A stretch of DNA of 55,137 nt from an uncultured virus (IMG/VR IMGVR_UViG_3300020445_000001) (lineage: Duplodnaviria > Heunggongvirae > Uroviricota > Caudoviricetes): the IMG/VR virus record IMGVR_UViG_3300020445_000001. One strand, given 5' to 3'. The notes under the pieces are model-generated. The model saw nothing but the letters and a program-made list of their open reading frames with translations, made no database searches and was not told the origin of the DNA. The position numbers and the translations under genes were made by a program. Positions within the stretch are counted from its first letter, which is position 1; every line of letters starts with the position of its first letter. This document shows positions 27,397 to 37,313 of the stretch, in pieces.

Positions 27397-29409
27397 TTAC
27401 CCTCCTATCTCTGTAAACGCAACACCAGTTCTTACGGCGACAAAGTTAAGAGTGATAAAGTTGATAGACCTTGTTGGCTTGACAAAAATGTCAGCAATAA
27501 ATTCGTTTCTATCAATTACTTCACCAGTGTTATTAGATTCGTCTGAAACTACTTTAAAGTCAGTAATACCTCTTCGTCCTTGAATTTCTCTCAAGAAAGG
27601 TTCTACTAAGTTTTTAAACTGAGCTCTTGTGAATTCATCATTGAACTCAAATAGTTGGAACTTAGCTGCAGTAGCGATTGCTTTTTCAAGAATAATGAAT
27701 AGTCTTCTAACATTAATTCTATCAAACGCACTTGGTTTTGCAAGAGCAGTCTTATCACCAAATAACACAGTACCTTGGCCAGGAAATGAGTTAACTGGAT
27801 TAATTCTTGCTTTATATAATGTATCTCTTTGGTCTTTATTAGGTTCGTATGCAAGTTTAACTGCACCTCTAATTTGACCTCTAGTAAAACCAGCAGGCGA
27901 GAAAAACGCATCTGCAACAGATTCAGTATATGCAGTTACACCAGCGATATCACCATTTAATGGTACATAACGATATACATCGTTAAATCTATCATATTGG
28001 TATTTGTAACCACTATCAAAAACTGCAAATGATGTACTTGGAAGTAAATCAAAAAAGTTCTTGACATTTGTAGTTTGTGTATTAGAATCTGCAGCACCTA
28101 CAACATCACTTCTTTCTGGAGAAATAAAGACTAATGCATCTTTTCTTTTCTCAACAATAGTGATTAAGTTTGTTGCAAGAGTTGAACTTGCTTTTGCAGC
28201 CATAATTAGGTTTACATCAACTGCTTCACCGTCATCAAATCTTCCGTATGCAGTAAGTTGTTCACCATCTGTAACAGCATAATCGTCTGTTCCATTTGCA
28301 AGTGTAGACCTATCTACATTTTCTACACCAGTTGTAAATTTATTAAAAGCACTTGAACCTTGTACTGATAAATCAGATGAAAGAGGTTGACCCCAGTCAC
28401 CAGATGCATCAATAGCTGCAGTTGGGTGGTCTCCCCAATAAACAAATTTAGAATCCCTATAAACTACATCTGGATAATAATTTGAATTACCTTGAGGTGT
28501 AGTTGCTTCTGGGTGTTTTGATACAAAAGCAAATGTTTCTAGTATAGAGTTTAATCTCTCACCAGCAACATCGTTATCAAAACCAGTTTGTCTTCCAGAT
28601 GAATCATATACAACTATGTGTATTTCATCATCAAGAACACCCCTTGCAGTTGCAAATTCAGATGTGCCTGGAGCTGTATCAAATAAATCTGCAAATCTCC
28701 AGTATCTTTTTACATATGAATCGTCTGCTAAATCTGCAATTAATCCACTTCCAGCAGGGTCATCTAATTGTCTGATTGTAATTGTTTCACCAGATGTATC
28801 TACTGCTGTAATTTCATATTTTTGTGCTTCGTGTCCTACAGCGAAAACTGTACCACCAGCGTTTGAATAAAATTCTATAACTTCACCTACTGCAAAATCA
28901 GTAGCGTCAATAGCGTCCATTGTAATTGTTGTTTCGCCTGCTGATGCAGAACCATCATTAGTTTGTTTGTTTGACATTTCTGAAAAGTTGTTTTTATCAC
29001 AAATGTCTATTTTAATTCCGTTTGCGTGAATACCAGCCGTTCTTGCTGACCAAGTACCGTGAGTACCTTGTCCATTTGCAAAAGACTCTTGATAATGCAA
29101 AGTGTTTCTGATTAAAATACCAGAACCACCAGAAGATGCATTTTTCAATGTACTTTCAGTTCTTACAACTCTTAGTGAATTTGAATACTGTAAAAAGTTT
29201 GCAGCTGTAAAAAAATACTCATAATTGTCTGCATTTGGTTTACCAAATACTTCAACGAGTTGTTTTTCTGAACTGATACTTGTTATTTCACTTACTGGCC
29301 CTTTTTCAAAGGGGCCACAAACAGCACCAATAGTTGTAGAAACGGCAGGAACGATATTCGTTAGGTCAACTTCTTTGACTTCCACGCCTGGAGAAACTTG
29401 AAATCCCAT
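27397..29409 (-). CDS. gp18: Tail sheath protein
   Basis: SPGVEVKEVDLT...FSPAGFTRG...GDKT....SAFDRINVRRLF...FEFNDEFTR. Confidence 0.98.
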   Translation of the reverse strand: MGFQVSPGVEVKEVDLTNIVPAVSTTIGAVCGPFEKGPVSEITSISSEKQLVEVFGKPNADNYEYFFTAANFLQYSNSLRVVRTESTLKNASSGGSGILIRNTLHYQESFANGQGTHGTWSARTAGIHANGIKIDICDKNNFSEMSNKQTNDGSASAGETTITMDAIDATDFAVGEVIEFYSNAGGTVFAVGHEAQKYEITAVDTSGETITIRQLDDPAGSGLIADLADDSYVKRYWRFADLFDTAPGTSEFATARGVLDDEIHIVVYDSSGRQTGFDNDVAGERLNSILETFAFVSKHPEATTPQGNSNYYPDVVYRDSKFVYWGDHPTAAIDASGDWGQPLSSDLSVQGSSAFNKFTTGVENVDRSTLANGTDDYAVTDGEQLTAYGRFDDGEAVDVNLIMAAKASSTLATNLITIVEKRKDALVFISPERSDVVGAADSNTQTTNVKNFFDLLPSTSFAVFDSGYKYQYDRFNDVYRYVPLNGDIAGVTAYTESVADAFFSPAGFTRGQIRGAVKLAYEPNKDQRDTLYKARINPVNSFPGQGTVLFGDKTALAKPSAFDRINVRRLFIILEKAIATAAKFQLFEFNDEFTRAQFKNLVEPFLREIQGRRGITDFKVVSDESNNTGEVIDRNEFIADIFVKPTRSINFITLNFVAVRTGVAFTEIGG

Positions 29410-29450
29410 ATTTCTACTCCTTATATAGTTTAGTTAATCTACTACAACTA

Positions 29451-29458
29451 TATTTATA
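29451..29458 (-). promoter_or_regulatory. Late promoter for gp18
   Basis: TATAAATA upstream of AAGGAG SD. Confidence 0.8.
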
Positions 29459-29507
29459 AAAAATCGTTTTTTGTATGTTTGTTTTTATACCAAGTCTAAA
29501 TATAAAT

Positions 29508-29834
29508 ATGAGTGAACATTATCAAAAATACCGTAATACCATACGAAAAGTTGCACGAAGACATCGTAGATTAAAAGATAAGTGGATTAATGAACAATTA
29601 AGAGATAAGTCTTGTAAATATTGTGGTGAGTCTGAAATAGTGGTATTAAAATTTTATCCAGATGATAGAAAGATTCGTGCAGATTCTAAAAAGAAAAGTT
29701 TAAAAAAAGATACTAGAAAATTGTTATTAGAACATATAGACAACAATGTAATAGTTTGTCATAATTGTTTTTTAAAAAAAGATAATGATTTAATTGATGA
29801 AGATGCATTTACCAATTTGTATCATACTTCCTAA
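29508..29834 (+). CDS. HNH-like zinc-binding protein with a degenerate active site
   Basis: CKYCG...VCHNCF; the expected catalytic His residues are absent; ATG at 29508 overlaps TATAAATA (29501-29508). Confidence 0.65.
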   Translation: MSEHYQKYRNTIRKVARRHRRLKDKWINEQLRDKSCKYCGESEIVVLKFYPDDRKIRADSKKKSLKKDTRKLLLEHIDNNVIVCHNCFLKKDNDLIDEDAFTNLYHTS

Positions 29835-31449
29835 CAACTGGCGTCCACCTTTCACCATATTCATCTATTTGTGGTATAGGGTCATCAATACCATTATCTA
29901 AGAATCCAAATGGTGCAAGGTCTTGTTCTAATTGATTTTGACTTTCTGCAAACAATTTAGCTCTAACATCACTATCAGTAAGTTCTTTAAAATAAGTTTG
30001 ACCAGACAACCACGCAAATAATACACAACACATCATTAAATCATCGTGGTGTCCTTCTTCTGCCTGATATGACTGTCCGTGAAGAACAAATGAAGACATC
30101 TCTGCAACTATATCATAATCTTCTAATATAATCTTATTAGACTCTACCATTGTTTTTAGATTAGAACAACCAATTTTTTTGACTGCCTTAGTTGTTCTCA
30201 CACCAAGTTGTGATTTACCACCACTAAAACCACCACCAACTATCTGACCAGCACGACCTCTCATACTTGCCATTATAAGATTATCATATTCTAAATCAAA
30301 TTGTAATGCGTTTGCAACTTGGTCACCAATGTCATTTACTTCTATTAATACAAATGCTTGATTGTATGCAAGTGCAACATCTTTGATAATGTTTGGAAAT
30401 AACATAGGCTTTATTTCATTATTTTTATATTTGCCTACTAATCTATATGGTAATTGAGATACATCCATAACAGTAAACGCAGAAGAATCGCCTTGTATAC
30501 CTCTAGCTACATCTGCAACAATAACATATGTGTGTTCTTTTTTAGGTTTTTCATATACATCAAGACCAGCATTAGATGTTAAAGGTGTTCTTAAAGGAAT
30601 ATTTTTTATTATAGATGCATTTATTAGTGTATTTGTAGAACCTAAAAACTCACACTCAAATTCTTTTTGAAATTGTGATTCACTTGTATTTGCAATCGTT
30701 TCTTTCTTCCACTTTTCATCTCTGCCTGGAACTTCAGACCAATGAACTTCTATCGGTACATAAGTATTCTTTTTTGTTTCTGCATCTGTCCATAATTTAT
30801 AATACATATTCATACCATTTGGTGTTGATACAATAATAACTTTTGTAGATTGACCAGATGAAATAGTAGGATAAACTGAACTAAAGAACTCTTCTGCAAT
30901 ATTTGTAGGTACAAACGCAAACTCATCTAAAAATATCATATTGTATGAACCACCACGAACTGCACTTGATGATGTTGAGGCTGCAACTATGCGTGAACCA
31001 TTTTCTAATTCTAAACTACCTTTATTCCACGATAGTATTCCTTGTTGCAACCATTTAGGTAAATGTTCATATGCAAGTTGTAATCTGGATAAAATATCTC
31101 TTGCAGTCGCAGCTTTGTTTGCAAGTATTGCCACATTCATATTTTGATTGAACAAAACATAATGTAATATATAAGAAACCATTGTGGTTGTTTTACCAGA
31201 TTGTCTAGGTAGTTTACAGATTGTAAAACGATTGTTGTGAAATGTACCAACCATTTCTTTTTGAAAAGGATACATATCAAATGGTATCAGACCTTTGTCT
31301 AATGATACAATTTTAATATATGTTTCTATAAAATATTGTGGGTCGTTCATACATTTTTGAAACTCAAGAATATTTTCTTTTGTAAACTCTTGACTTACAA
31401 ATGCTTTCTTTAAATTAGGATTTCCAAGATATTGATGTTCTATGCCCAT
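29809..31449 (-). CDS. gp17: Terminase large subunit
   Basis: YLGNPNLK...PRQSGKTT...IFLDEFAF...STPNG...QEFEC-like...HDDLMM. Confidence 0.98.
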   Translation of the reverse strand: MGIEHQYLGNPNLKKAFVSQEFTKENILEFQKCMNDPQYFIETYIKIVSLDKGLIPFDMYPFQKEMVGTFHNNRFTICKLPRQSGKTTTMVSYILHYVLFNQNMNVAILANKAATARDILSRLQLAYEHLPKWLQQGILSWNKGSLELENGSRIVAASTSSSAVRGGSYNMIFLDEFAFVPTNIAEEFFSSVYPTISSGQSTKVIIVSTPNGMNMYYKLWTDAETKKNTYVPIEVHWSEVPGRDEKWKKETIANTSESQFQKEFECEFLGSTNTLINASIIKNIPLRTPLTSNAGLDVYEKPKKEHTYVIVADVARGIQGDSSAFTVMDVSQLPYRLVGKYKNNEIKPMLFPNIIKDVALAYNQAFVLIEVNDIGDQVANALQFDLEYDNLIMASMRGRAGQIVGGGFSGGKSQLGVRTTKAVKKIGCSNLKTMVESNKIILEDYDIVAEMSSFVLHGQSYQAEEGHHDDLMMCCVLFAWLSGQTYFKELTDSDVRAKLFAESQNQLEQDLAPFGFLDNGIDDPIPQIDEYGERWTPVVRKYDTNW

Positions 31450-33248
31450 TGAAGTGAAACACCGTGAATAGTATTAATATGAGATAATCCAGCACCTACT
31501 AATTTCCAACGAACTTGAACTTGAGGACTTGCAGTACCAGTCAAAGGTGTACTACCAGTGAATATTTTAGTTCCACTTGAACCAGTCACATATCCATTAT
31601 CAGTCAAAGTTATCGCATTAAAAGTTGTATTATCTCTAGTTGCAGATGCACTTAATTGTGAATTTAATGTACTATTAATTTCTGCAAAAACAACTATTCT
31701 TGCTTTGGTCGGAGTAGAACTTGCAGTAAAAGTATCTGATATTAATGTTGTAGAAGTATCTGTTAATGTAGTTGATAATTCTTTAACAACAACAATACCT
31801 GGCCCCCCATCACCACCTAAACCACCACCAGCAGGAGTTGGATTGCCTGGATTTAATGCACCAGCACCACCACCGCCTCTATTTACACCGCCAGGTAAGC
31901 CTGGATACCAAGTAGGATTTCCATAATAGTTTGGATTTCTAGTACCACCACCAAAAGGAACAGCAGCAGTGCCACCGTCTGCTGTTTGACCACCACCTAG
32001 ACCACCACCACCGAAACCTACGGAAGTCGTACCATCTAATATATTATAGTTTAGTCCAACACCACCATCACCACCAACATCTGTTCCAGTATCTTCACCA
32101 GCACCACCTATTCCACCACCACCAGCACAAGCACCTTCACCACCAGCATTATCATAACCGCCTGGAGTTAATACTCCACCATTATTTCCAAAACTGCCTG
32201 GTGAGTTTTCTGGTAAAACTGCTGGGGTCAATGGAATTGGATGATTAGTAGTTTGAGTGCCAGGTGCAAAACTTGAGCCAGGTGCATTATTTGAACCACC
32301 AGCTGCACCACCACAACCACCTCCGTGTAAACCAGCTTCCGTTGTGCCTGGAGCATATGGTGCAGTTCCACCAGTTTGATAACCACCACCAGCACCTCCA
32401 CCCTCTCCTATGAGAGGCCCAAAGGAAGAATCTGTTCCAGTTTGTCCAGGCCCATAATATGTATGAGTCATTGGATAATTATATTGTGGATGTTCATAAC
32501 CACCATACTCACCAGTTCCAACAGATGGGTCTGGTCTTGCAGTAGGAGTGTAAGGATTTGAACCAGGCGCTGGAGGTAAATATCCACCACCTTCACCACC
32601 AACACCAACTACCACTGCAACTGAACCACCAGGCGTTACTGGATAATTTGGATAATATATTGCACCACCAGCTCCAGCACCACCACCGTGAAGATTATTA
32701 TAACCACCAGTACCACCACCTCCTCCACCACCAATTACAAATACATTAACATTAGAAACACCACTTTCAACATTAAATGTTGCAGGGCCTGTGGAAGTGA
32801 ATGTAGTTATATCTTGAGTTGGTGGACTTGGACTAGTACCACTACCACCAGAGTAATAATCTGATGCACTATCATAAGCCATACCTACATTTTCTGATGT
32901 ATCTACACCAGATTCATCATTGAATTCATCAACTACACCATCTTTTAAATTAAACAATGTTAATCCTTCTGCAACTGCCATCTTGAAACCTAATAAACCA
33001 ATATTAAAAGTATTTGTATCTGATTGTGCTACACTTGCAGCTTGAAATCCACCAGCGCCATTTAATAAATCTGACGAACTGCCAGGCAAACTTAATTTTG
33101 AAAATGCAATACTTGCTTGTGGTGATACATCTGCGTTTGTGATAGTATTATTCAATATAACATCTGAGTTGACACTATTGTCTGCAATTTTATCACTATC
33201 TAATGCACTATCACCAATAAGATTTTTATCTACTTTTGTTATTCCCAT
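31440..33248 (-). CDS. Gly/Pro-rich virion fibre/adhesin-like protein, paralog 1
   Basis: Shared N module FNIGLLGFKMAV..GLT.FNL.DGVVDEF and C module TLISDTFTA...RWK..G...IHGVSLQW; polyglycine core. Confidence 0.8.
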   Translation of the reverse strand: MGITKVDKNLIGDSALDSDKIADNSVNSDVILNNTITNADVSPQASIAFSKLSLPGSSSDLLNGAGGFQAASVAQSDTNTFNIGLLGFKMAVAEGLTLFNLKDGVVDEFNDESGVDTSENVGMAYDSASDYYSGGSGTSPSPPTQDITTFTSTGPATFNVESGVSNVNVFVIGGGGGGGTGGYNNLHGGGAGAGGAIYYPNYPVTPGGSVAVVVGVGGEGGGYLPPAPGSNPYTPTARPDPSVGTGEYGGYEHPQYNYPMTHTYYGPGQTGTDSSFGPLIGEGGGAGGGYQTGGTAPYAPGTTEAGLHGGGCGGAAGGSNNAPGSSFAPGTQTTNHPIPLTPAVLPENSPGSFGNNGGVLTPGGYDNAGGEGACAGGGGIGGAGEDTGTDVGGDGGVGLNYNILDGTTSVGFGGGGLGGGQTADGGTAAVPFGGGTRNPNYYGNPTWYPGLPGGVNRGGGGAGALNPGNPTPAGGGLGGDGGPGIVVVKELSTTLTDTSTTLISDTFTASSTPTKARIVVFAEINSTLNSQLSASATRDNTTFNAITLTDNGYVTGSSGTKIFTGSTPLTGTASPQVQVRWKLVGAGLSHINTIHGVSLQWA

Positions 33249-35029
33249 TGTAATGATACTCCGTGAATTTTATTTGCACCACTTAAAGATGAACCTACTA
33301 TTTTCCATCTAAGTTGTACTTGTGGACTTGCTGAACCAGTCAGAGGTGTACTACCAGAATATATTTTAATACCACTTGAACCAGTTTGGTATCCTTCATC
33401 AGTCAAAGTTATTGCGTTAAATGTTGTATTATCTCTTGTTGCACTTACAGCAAAATCAGAAGTTCCGTCTGGTAATTCTCCAAATAAAACTATTCTTGCA
33501 GTTGAAGGTGTTGAACTTGCAGTGAAAGTATCTGAAACTAAAGTCATACTTGTATTAGAAACATTTCGTTTACTTTCTGCAACTATTATAATACCAGGCC
33601 CACCATCTCCACCATATCCACCACCAGCAGGAGAACTAGGATTAATATTTCTTGCACCAGCACCACCACCCCCACTATTTACAGCACCAGGCAAGCCAGG
33701 AAACCAATTTGGTTGTTGATGATTAGTTTGATTTGTATCTCCACCACCGAAAGGTACTGAAGTGCCTTGTGGAAAACTTTCGTGGTCAACACCAGCACCA
33801 CCACCAGCATAACCTACTGATGTAGAACCATCTGCAATATTATAATTTAATCCTATACCACCTTCTCCACCTACTGCTCCTTCAGCATCTCCACCAACAC
33901 CACCAGCACCACCGCCACCACCAGTTGCAGTGTCACTAGGAACATCTGGTTGTATTAAACCACCATTATTACCAAAACTTCCAGGCGAGTTTACTGGTAA
34001 AACTGATGGAGTCAATGGTATTGGATGATTTGCAACTTGTTTACCCTCCCCAGTATTCCCATAATAACTTGTAGGGCCTCCACCACCAGCACCACCACTT
34101 CCACCTTCGTGAAAAACTTCACTAGTTACACCCATATATGGATGTGAACCACTAGTTAACCAACCACCACCAGCACCTCCACCTTCACCTATAAGAGGCC
34201 CAAATGCAGAATCAGTGCCAGTTTGTCCAGGCGAGTAATATGTGTGTGACATTGGATAATTATATTGTGGATGTTCAAAACCACCAAATTCACCAGTTCC
34301 ATTACGACTATCTGGTCTTGCAGTTGGTGTATAAGGTGCAGAACCAGGCGAAGGAGGATTATACCCAGCACCTTCACCACCAGCACCTACTGATACTGGA
34401 ATACTTCCACCAGGCGTTACTGGATAATCTGGGTAATAAATTAAACCACCAGCCCCAGCACCACCACCATCAGTACCATTATAACCAGCAGCACCACCAC
34501 CTCCACCGCCCCCAACGACTAATACATTAACTGTTGTAATGCCAGATTCAACAGAATATGTTCCAGAACCAAGTGAAGTAATAGATGTTCTACCTATTTC
34601 TGGAGAAGGTATAGGAATATTTGTTCCTTGATTCGTATAAAAGTCTGAACTAGAGTCGTAAGATGCACCAGATATTTCGGCAGTATCTACACCAGATTCA
34701 TCATTAAATTCATCCACTACACCATCTTTTAAATTAAATATTGTGAGCCCATCATTAACTGCCATCTTAAAACCTAAGACACCAATATTAAATGCATTTT
34801 CATCAATACCAGTTGTATCAATAGCACCAAATGAACCATCACCACGAACAAATTGTGATGGTGGGCCAGGTAATGCTAACTTACTTGCTGGAATGCTTGC
34901 ACTAGGAGAGATATCTTCGTTTTTTACTTCTGCACCTATCTTAGAGCTATCAACTGCACCAGTGTTTATTTCACCACTTCCAATAGAGTCATTACTTAAA
35001 TTCTGATTTCCTAACTTTGTTATGCCCAT
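33239..35029 (-). CDS. Gly/Pro-rich virion fibre/adhesin-like protein, paralog 2
   Basis: Same modules; core closely related to paralog 1. Confidence 0.8.
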   Translation of the reverse strand: MGITKLGNQNLSNDSIGSGEINTGAVDSSKIGAEVKNEDISPSASIPASKLALPGPPSQFVRGDGSFGAIDTTGIDENAFNIGVLGFKMAVNDGLTIFNLKDGVVDEFNDESGVDTAEISGASYDSSSDFYTNQGTNIPIPSPEIGRTSITSLGSGTYSVESGITTVNVLVVGGGGGGGAAGYNGTDGGGAGAGGLIYYPDYPVTPGGSIPVSVGAGGEGAGYNPPSPGSAPYTPTARPDSRNGTGEFGGFEHPQYNYPMSHTYYSPGQTGTDSAFGPLIGEGGGAGGGWLTSGSHPYMGVTSEVFHEGGSGGAGGGGPTSYYGNTGEGKQVANHPIPLTPSVLPVNSPGSFGNNGGLIQPDVPSDTATGGGGGAGGVGGDAEGAVGGEGGIGLNYNIADGSTSVGYAGGGAGVDHESFPQGTSVPFGGGDTNQTNHQQPNWFPGLPGAVNSGGGGAGARNINPSSPAGGGYGGDGGPGIIIVAESKRNVSNTSMTLVSDTFTASSTPSTARIVLFGELPDGTSDFAVSATRDNTTFNAITLTDEGYQTGSSGIKIYSGSTPLTGSASPQVQLRWKIVGSSLSGANKIHGVSLQWE

Positions 35030-36918
35030 TGTAGTGCAACTCCGTGAATTTTATTTGTACCAGTAAGTGATGACCCAACAACTTTCCATCTCATCTGAAC
35101 TTGTGGACTAGCACTTCCAGTTAAAGGAGTTGAACCAGTATATATTTTAATACCACTTGAACCACTTACATACCCAGTATCAGTTAATGATACTGAATTG
35201 TATGTTGTATTATCTCTTGTTACTGATATTGCAACATCAGTATTTAAATCATCTGCTATTTCTGCAAACAACACAACTCTTGAAGTAGATGGTGTCGCAC
35301 TCGCAGTAAATGTATCTGATACTAAAGTCATACTTGTTGCACTTGAACCAGCATCAAAAACTAAAAGAATACCACCATCACCACCAGCATTTGTAGCACC
35401 ACTAGTTGCACCTTCACCTCTAGCACCATCAGCAAAAAGTGCTTGTCTTGGTGCTGGTAATGCTGTGTAATATGGTGCTTCGTCAAATACACTTAATGGA
35501 GTAGGATTTGATGCACTACCAACTGCTGCTTCAGCTTCTATTGTTGGACTTGCAACATATGTAGGATTTGAATATCCAGCACCACCACCAGTACCACCAG
35601 TATAACCGCCTGGGTCAGATGTACCACCACCTCCGTGATATCCAGAACCACCACCACCATAGTGATAAGGTGGATAACCCATACCACCACCTTGAAAATG
35701 TATTGCATCTGGGTGTGGAGACTCTTGTGTCCACTCTCCTGGCCCAAATCCAGAACCTTCACCAAAAGGATATGCCGCCATATGTCCGTTTGCTTCTTGG
35801 TCTGCACCCCCACCAGATGCATTAGTACCACCAGAACTAGCAGTAGGTACACTAAAACCACCAGAACCATTAGTTCCAGCAGTAAATCCACCACCACCAC
35901 CTTGTGCTTGTGGAGCACCATTTGAATTCTCACCAGCACCACCAGCACCTACAATTAAAACTGATTCACTTGCATTGGTTGGAGAAACTGTATCTGCAAA
36001 ACCTGGCCCCTCATCTGGATAATTATTAGGTGAGCCTGGGGTTTGCCAATTTCCAGTTTCACCATATGTACCACCCTCTATAATTGTAACTTCACCATCA
36101 AAAATTCCAGTAAAACCACCACCTCCACCAATAGCACCATAAGCACCACCACCATAACCACCAGTAGCACCTATATCTCCACTTGGATATTGGGGGGTAC
36201 TGAATTGTGGGCCAACACCACCTTCACCTACAACATAATCCCAAGTAGCACCAGCGATTGATGGACTTGCTATTGTAGCTTGTACACTACCACCAGAACC
36301 TCCAGAACCTTGAGCATTGTTTCCAGCACCACCACCAACCATAGTTGCTTCTATTGAAGTTGTTAATGTGGGAAATGTAATACTACCTTGAGTTCCAAAT
36401 GCACCATATGTTGCTTCTTGAGAAGTGACTGTTACTAAAGGTGCGTGTTCTGGATTTTCAAAAGTGACTGCATCTACACCTAAATGCACTGCAACACCAG
36501 GCGTTGGTGATAAATTTTGATAAAAATCTGATGCTGATTCGTAAGATGCATTTGAGTTTTCGCCAGTATCAATTCCACCCTCACTATTAAATTCGTCTAC
36601 GACACCATCAACAAGATTAAAAATAGTCAGTCCTTCATTGACTGCCATTTTGAATCCTAACACACCAACATTAAATGCATTAGTACCTACTGCACTTAAA
36701 TCAACAGCACCAAAACTTCCATCACCTTTTAAAAAATCTGATGAACTTCCAGGCAAACTAAATTTATTTAATGCGATTGCAGCTGATGGAGAAATATCAC
36801 TATTGGTTATTGTTGCATTTGATATATCAGCAGTTGAAACTGAATTAGGTTGAATCTGTCCAGAACTAACTTTACCAGATTCTTCAATCATATTGCTGTT
36901 TACTTTAGTATCAGACAT
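35020..36918 (-). CDS. Gly/Pro-rich virion fibre/adhesin-like protein, paralog 3
   Basis: Same modules; divergent core. Confidence 0.8.
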   Translation of the reverse strand: MSDTKVNSNMIEESGKVSSGQIQPNSVSTADISNATITNSDISPSAAIALNKFSLPGSSSDFLKGDGSFGAVDLSAVGTNAFNVGVLGFKMAVNEGLTIFNLVDGVVDEFNSEGGIDTGENSNASYESASDFYQNLSPTPGVAVHLGVDAVTFENPEHAPLVTVTSQEATYGAFGTQGSITFPTLTTSIEATMVGGGAGNNAQGSGGSGGSVQATIASPSIAGATWDYVVGEGGVGPQFSTPQYPSGDIGATGGYGGGAYGAIGGGGGFTGIFDGEVTIIEGGTYGETGNWQTPGSPNNYPDEGPGFADTVSPTNASESVLIVGAGGAGENSNGAPQAQGGGGGFTAGTNGSGGFSVPTASSGGTNASGGGADQEANGHMAAYPFGEGSGFGPGEWTQESPHPDAIHFQGGGMGYPPYHYGGGGSGYHGGGGTSDPGGYTGGTGGGAGYSNPTYVASPTIEAEAAVGSASNPTPLSVFDEAPYYTALPAPRQALFADGARGEGATSGATNAGGDGGILLVFDAGSSATSMTLVSDTFTASATPSTSRVVLFAEIADDLNTDVAISVTRDNTTYNSVSLTDTGYVSGSSGIKIYTGSTPLTGSASPQVQMRWKVVGSSLTGTNKIHGVALQWA

Positions 36919-36923
36919 TTTAC

Positions 36924-37313
36924 CTACTTGTTATTTTTTAACATTTTTTGTAGTTCTGTTGTAGAACCAACAAACAATGCATTAGTTACATTCTTCGGCC
37001 CTTTGTCTGGTAATTCTTTCAACTTTTGCATTTTCAAATGTAAATCACCAAGTTTCTCTGTGACCTCTGCAACATTTTTTATGAGTTGTCCAGCAACTTC
37101 ATATGTTCTTGGATGTTCACTTTCTCTTGCAAGGTCTAATATACCCTCTATTGCATCTTGTCCTTTTTCAACTAATGAATAAAAATTTTGTCTTTGATAT
37201 TCAAAATCATTACCTTCATTATTTGTTTTGACAACAGTTTTTGGTTTATCTTCAACCTTCATAATTTGTTCACCTATCAATGTTTCATCTAAAATATTAT
37301 TTACTTTAGACAT
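36924..37313 (-). CDS. gp16: Terminase small subunit
   Basis: DFEYQRQNFYSLVEKG...HPRTYEVAGQLIK...NALFVGSTTELQKML. Confidence 0.93.
   Translation of the reverse strand: MSKVNNILDETLIGEQIMKVEDKPKTVVKTNNEGNDFEYQRQNFYSLVEKGQDAIEGILDLARESEHPRTYEVAGQLIKNVAEVTEKLGDLHLKMQKLKELPDKGPKNVTNALFVGSTTELQKMLKNNK

Noticed and set aside
7992..31449. Inteins or introns in gp46, gp47, uvsW, gp20, gp23 or gp17
   Set aside because: Lengths are typical, and no splice-junction or homing endonuclease motifs were seen.
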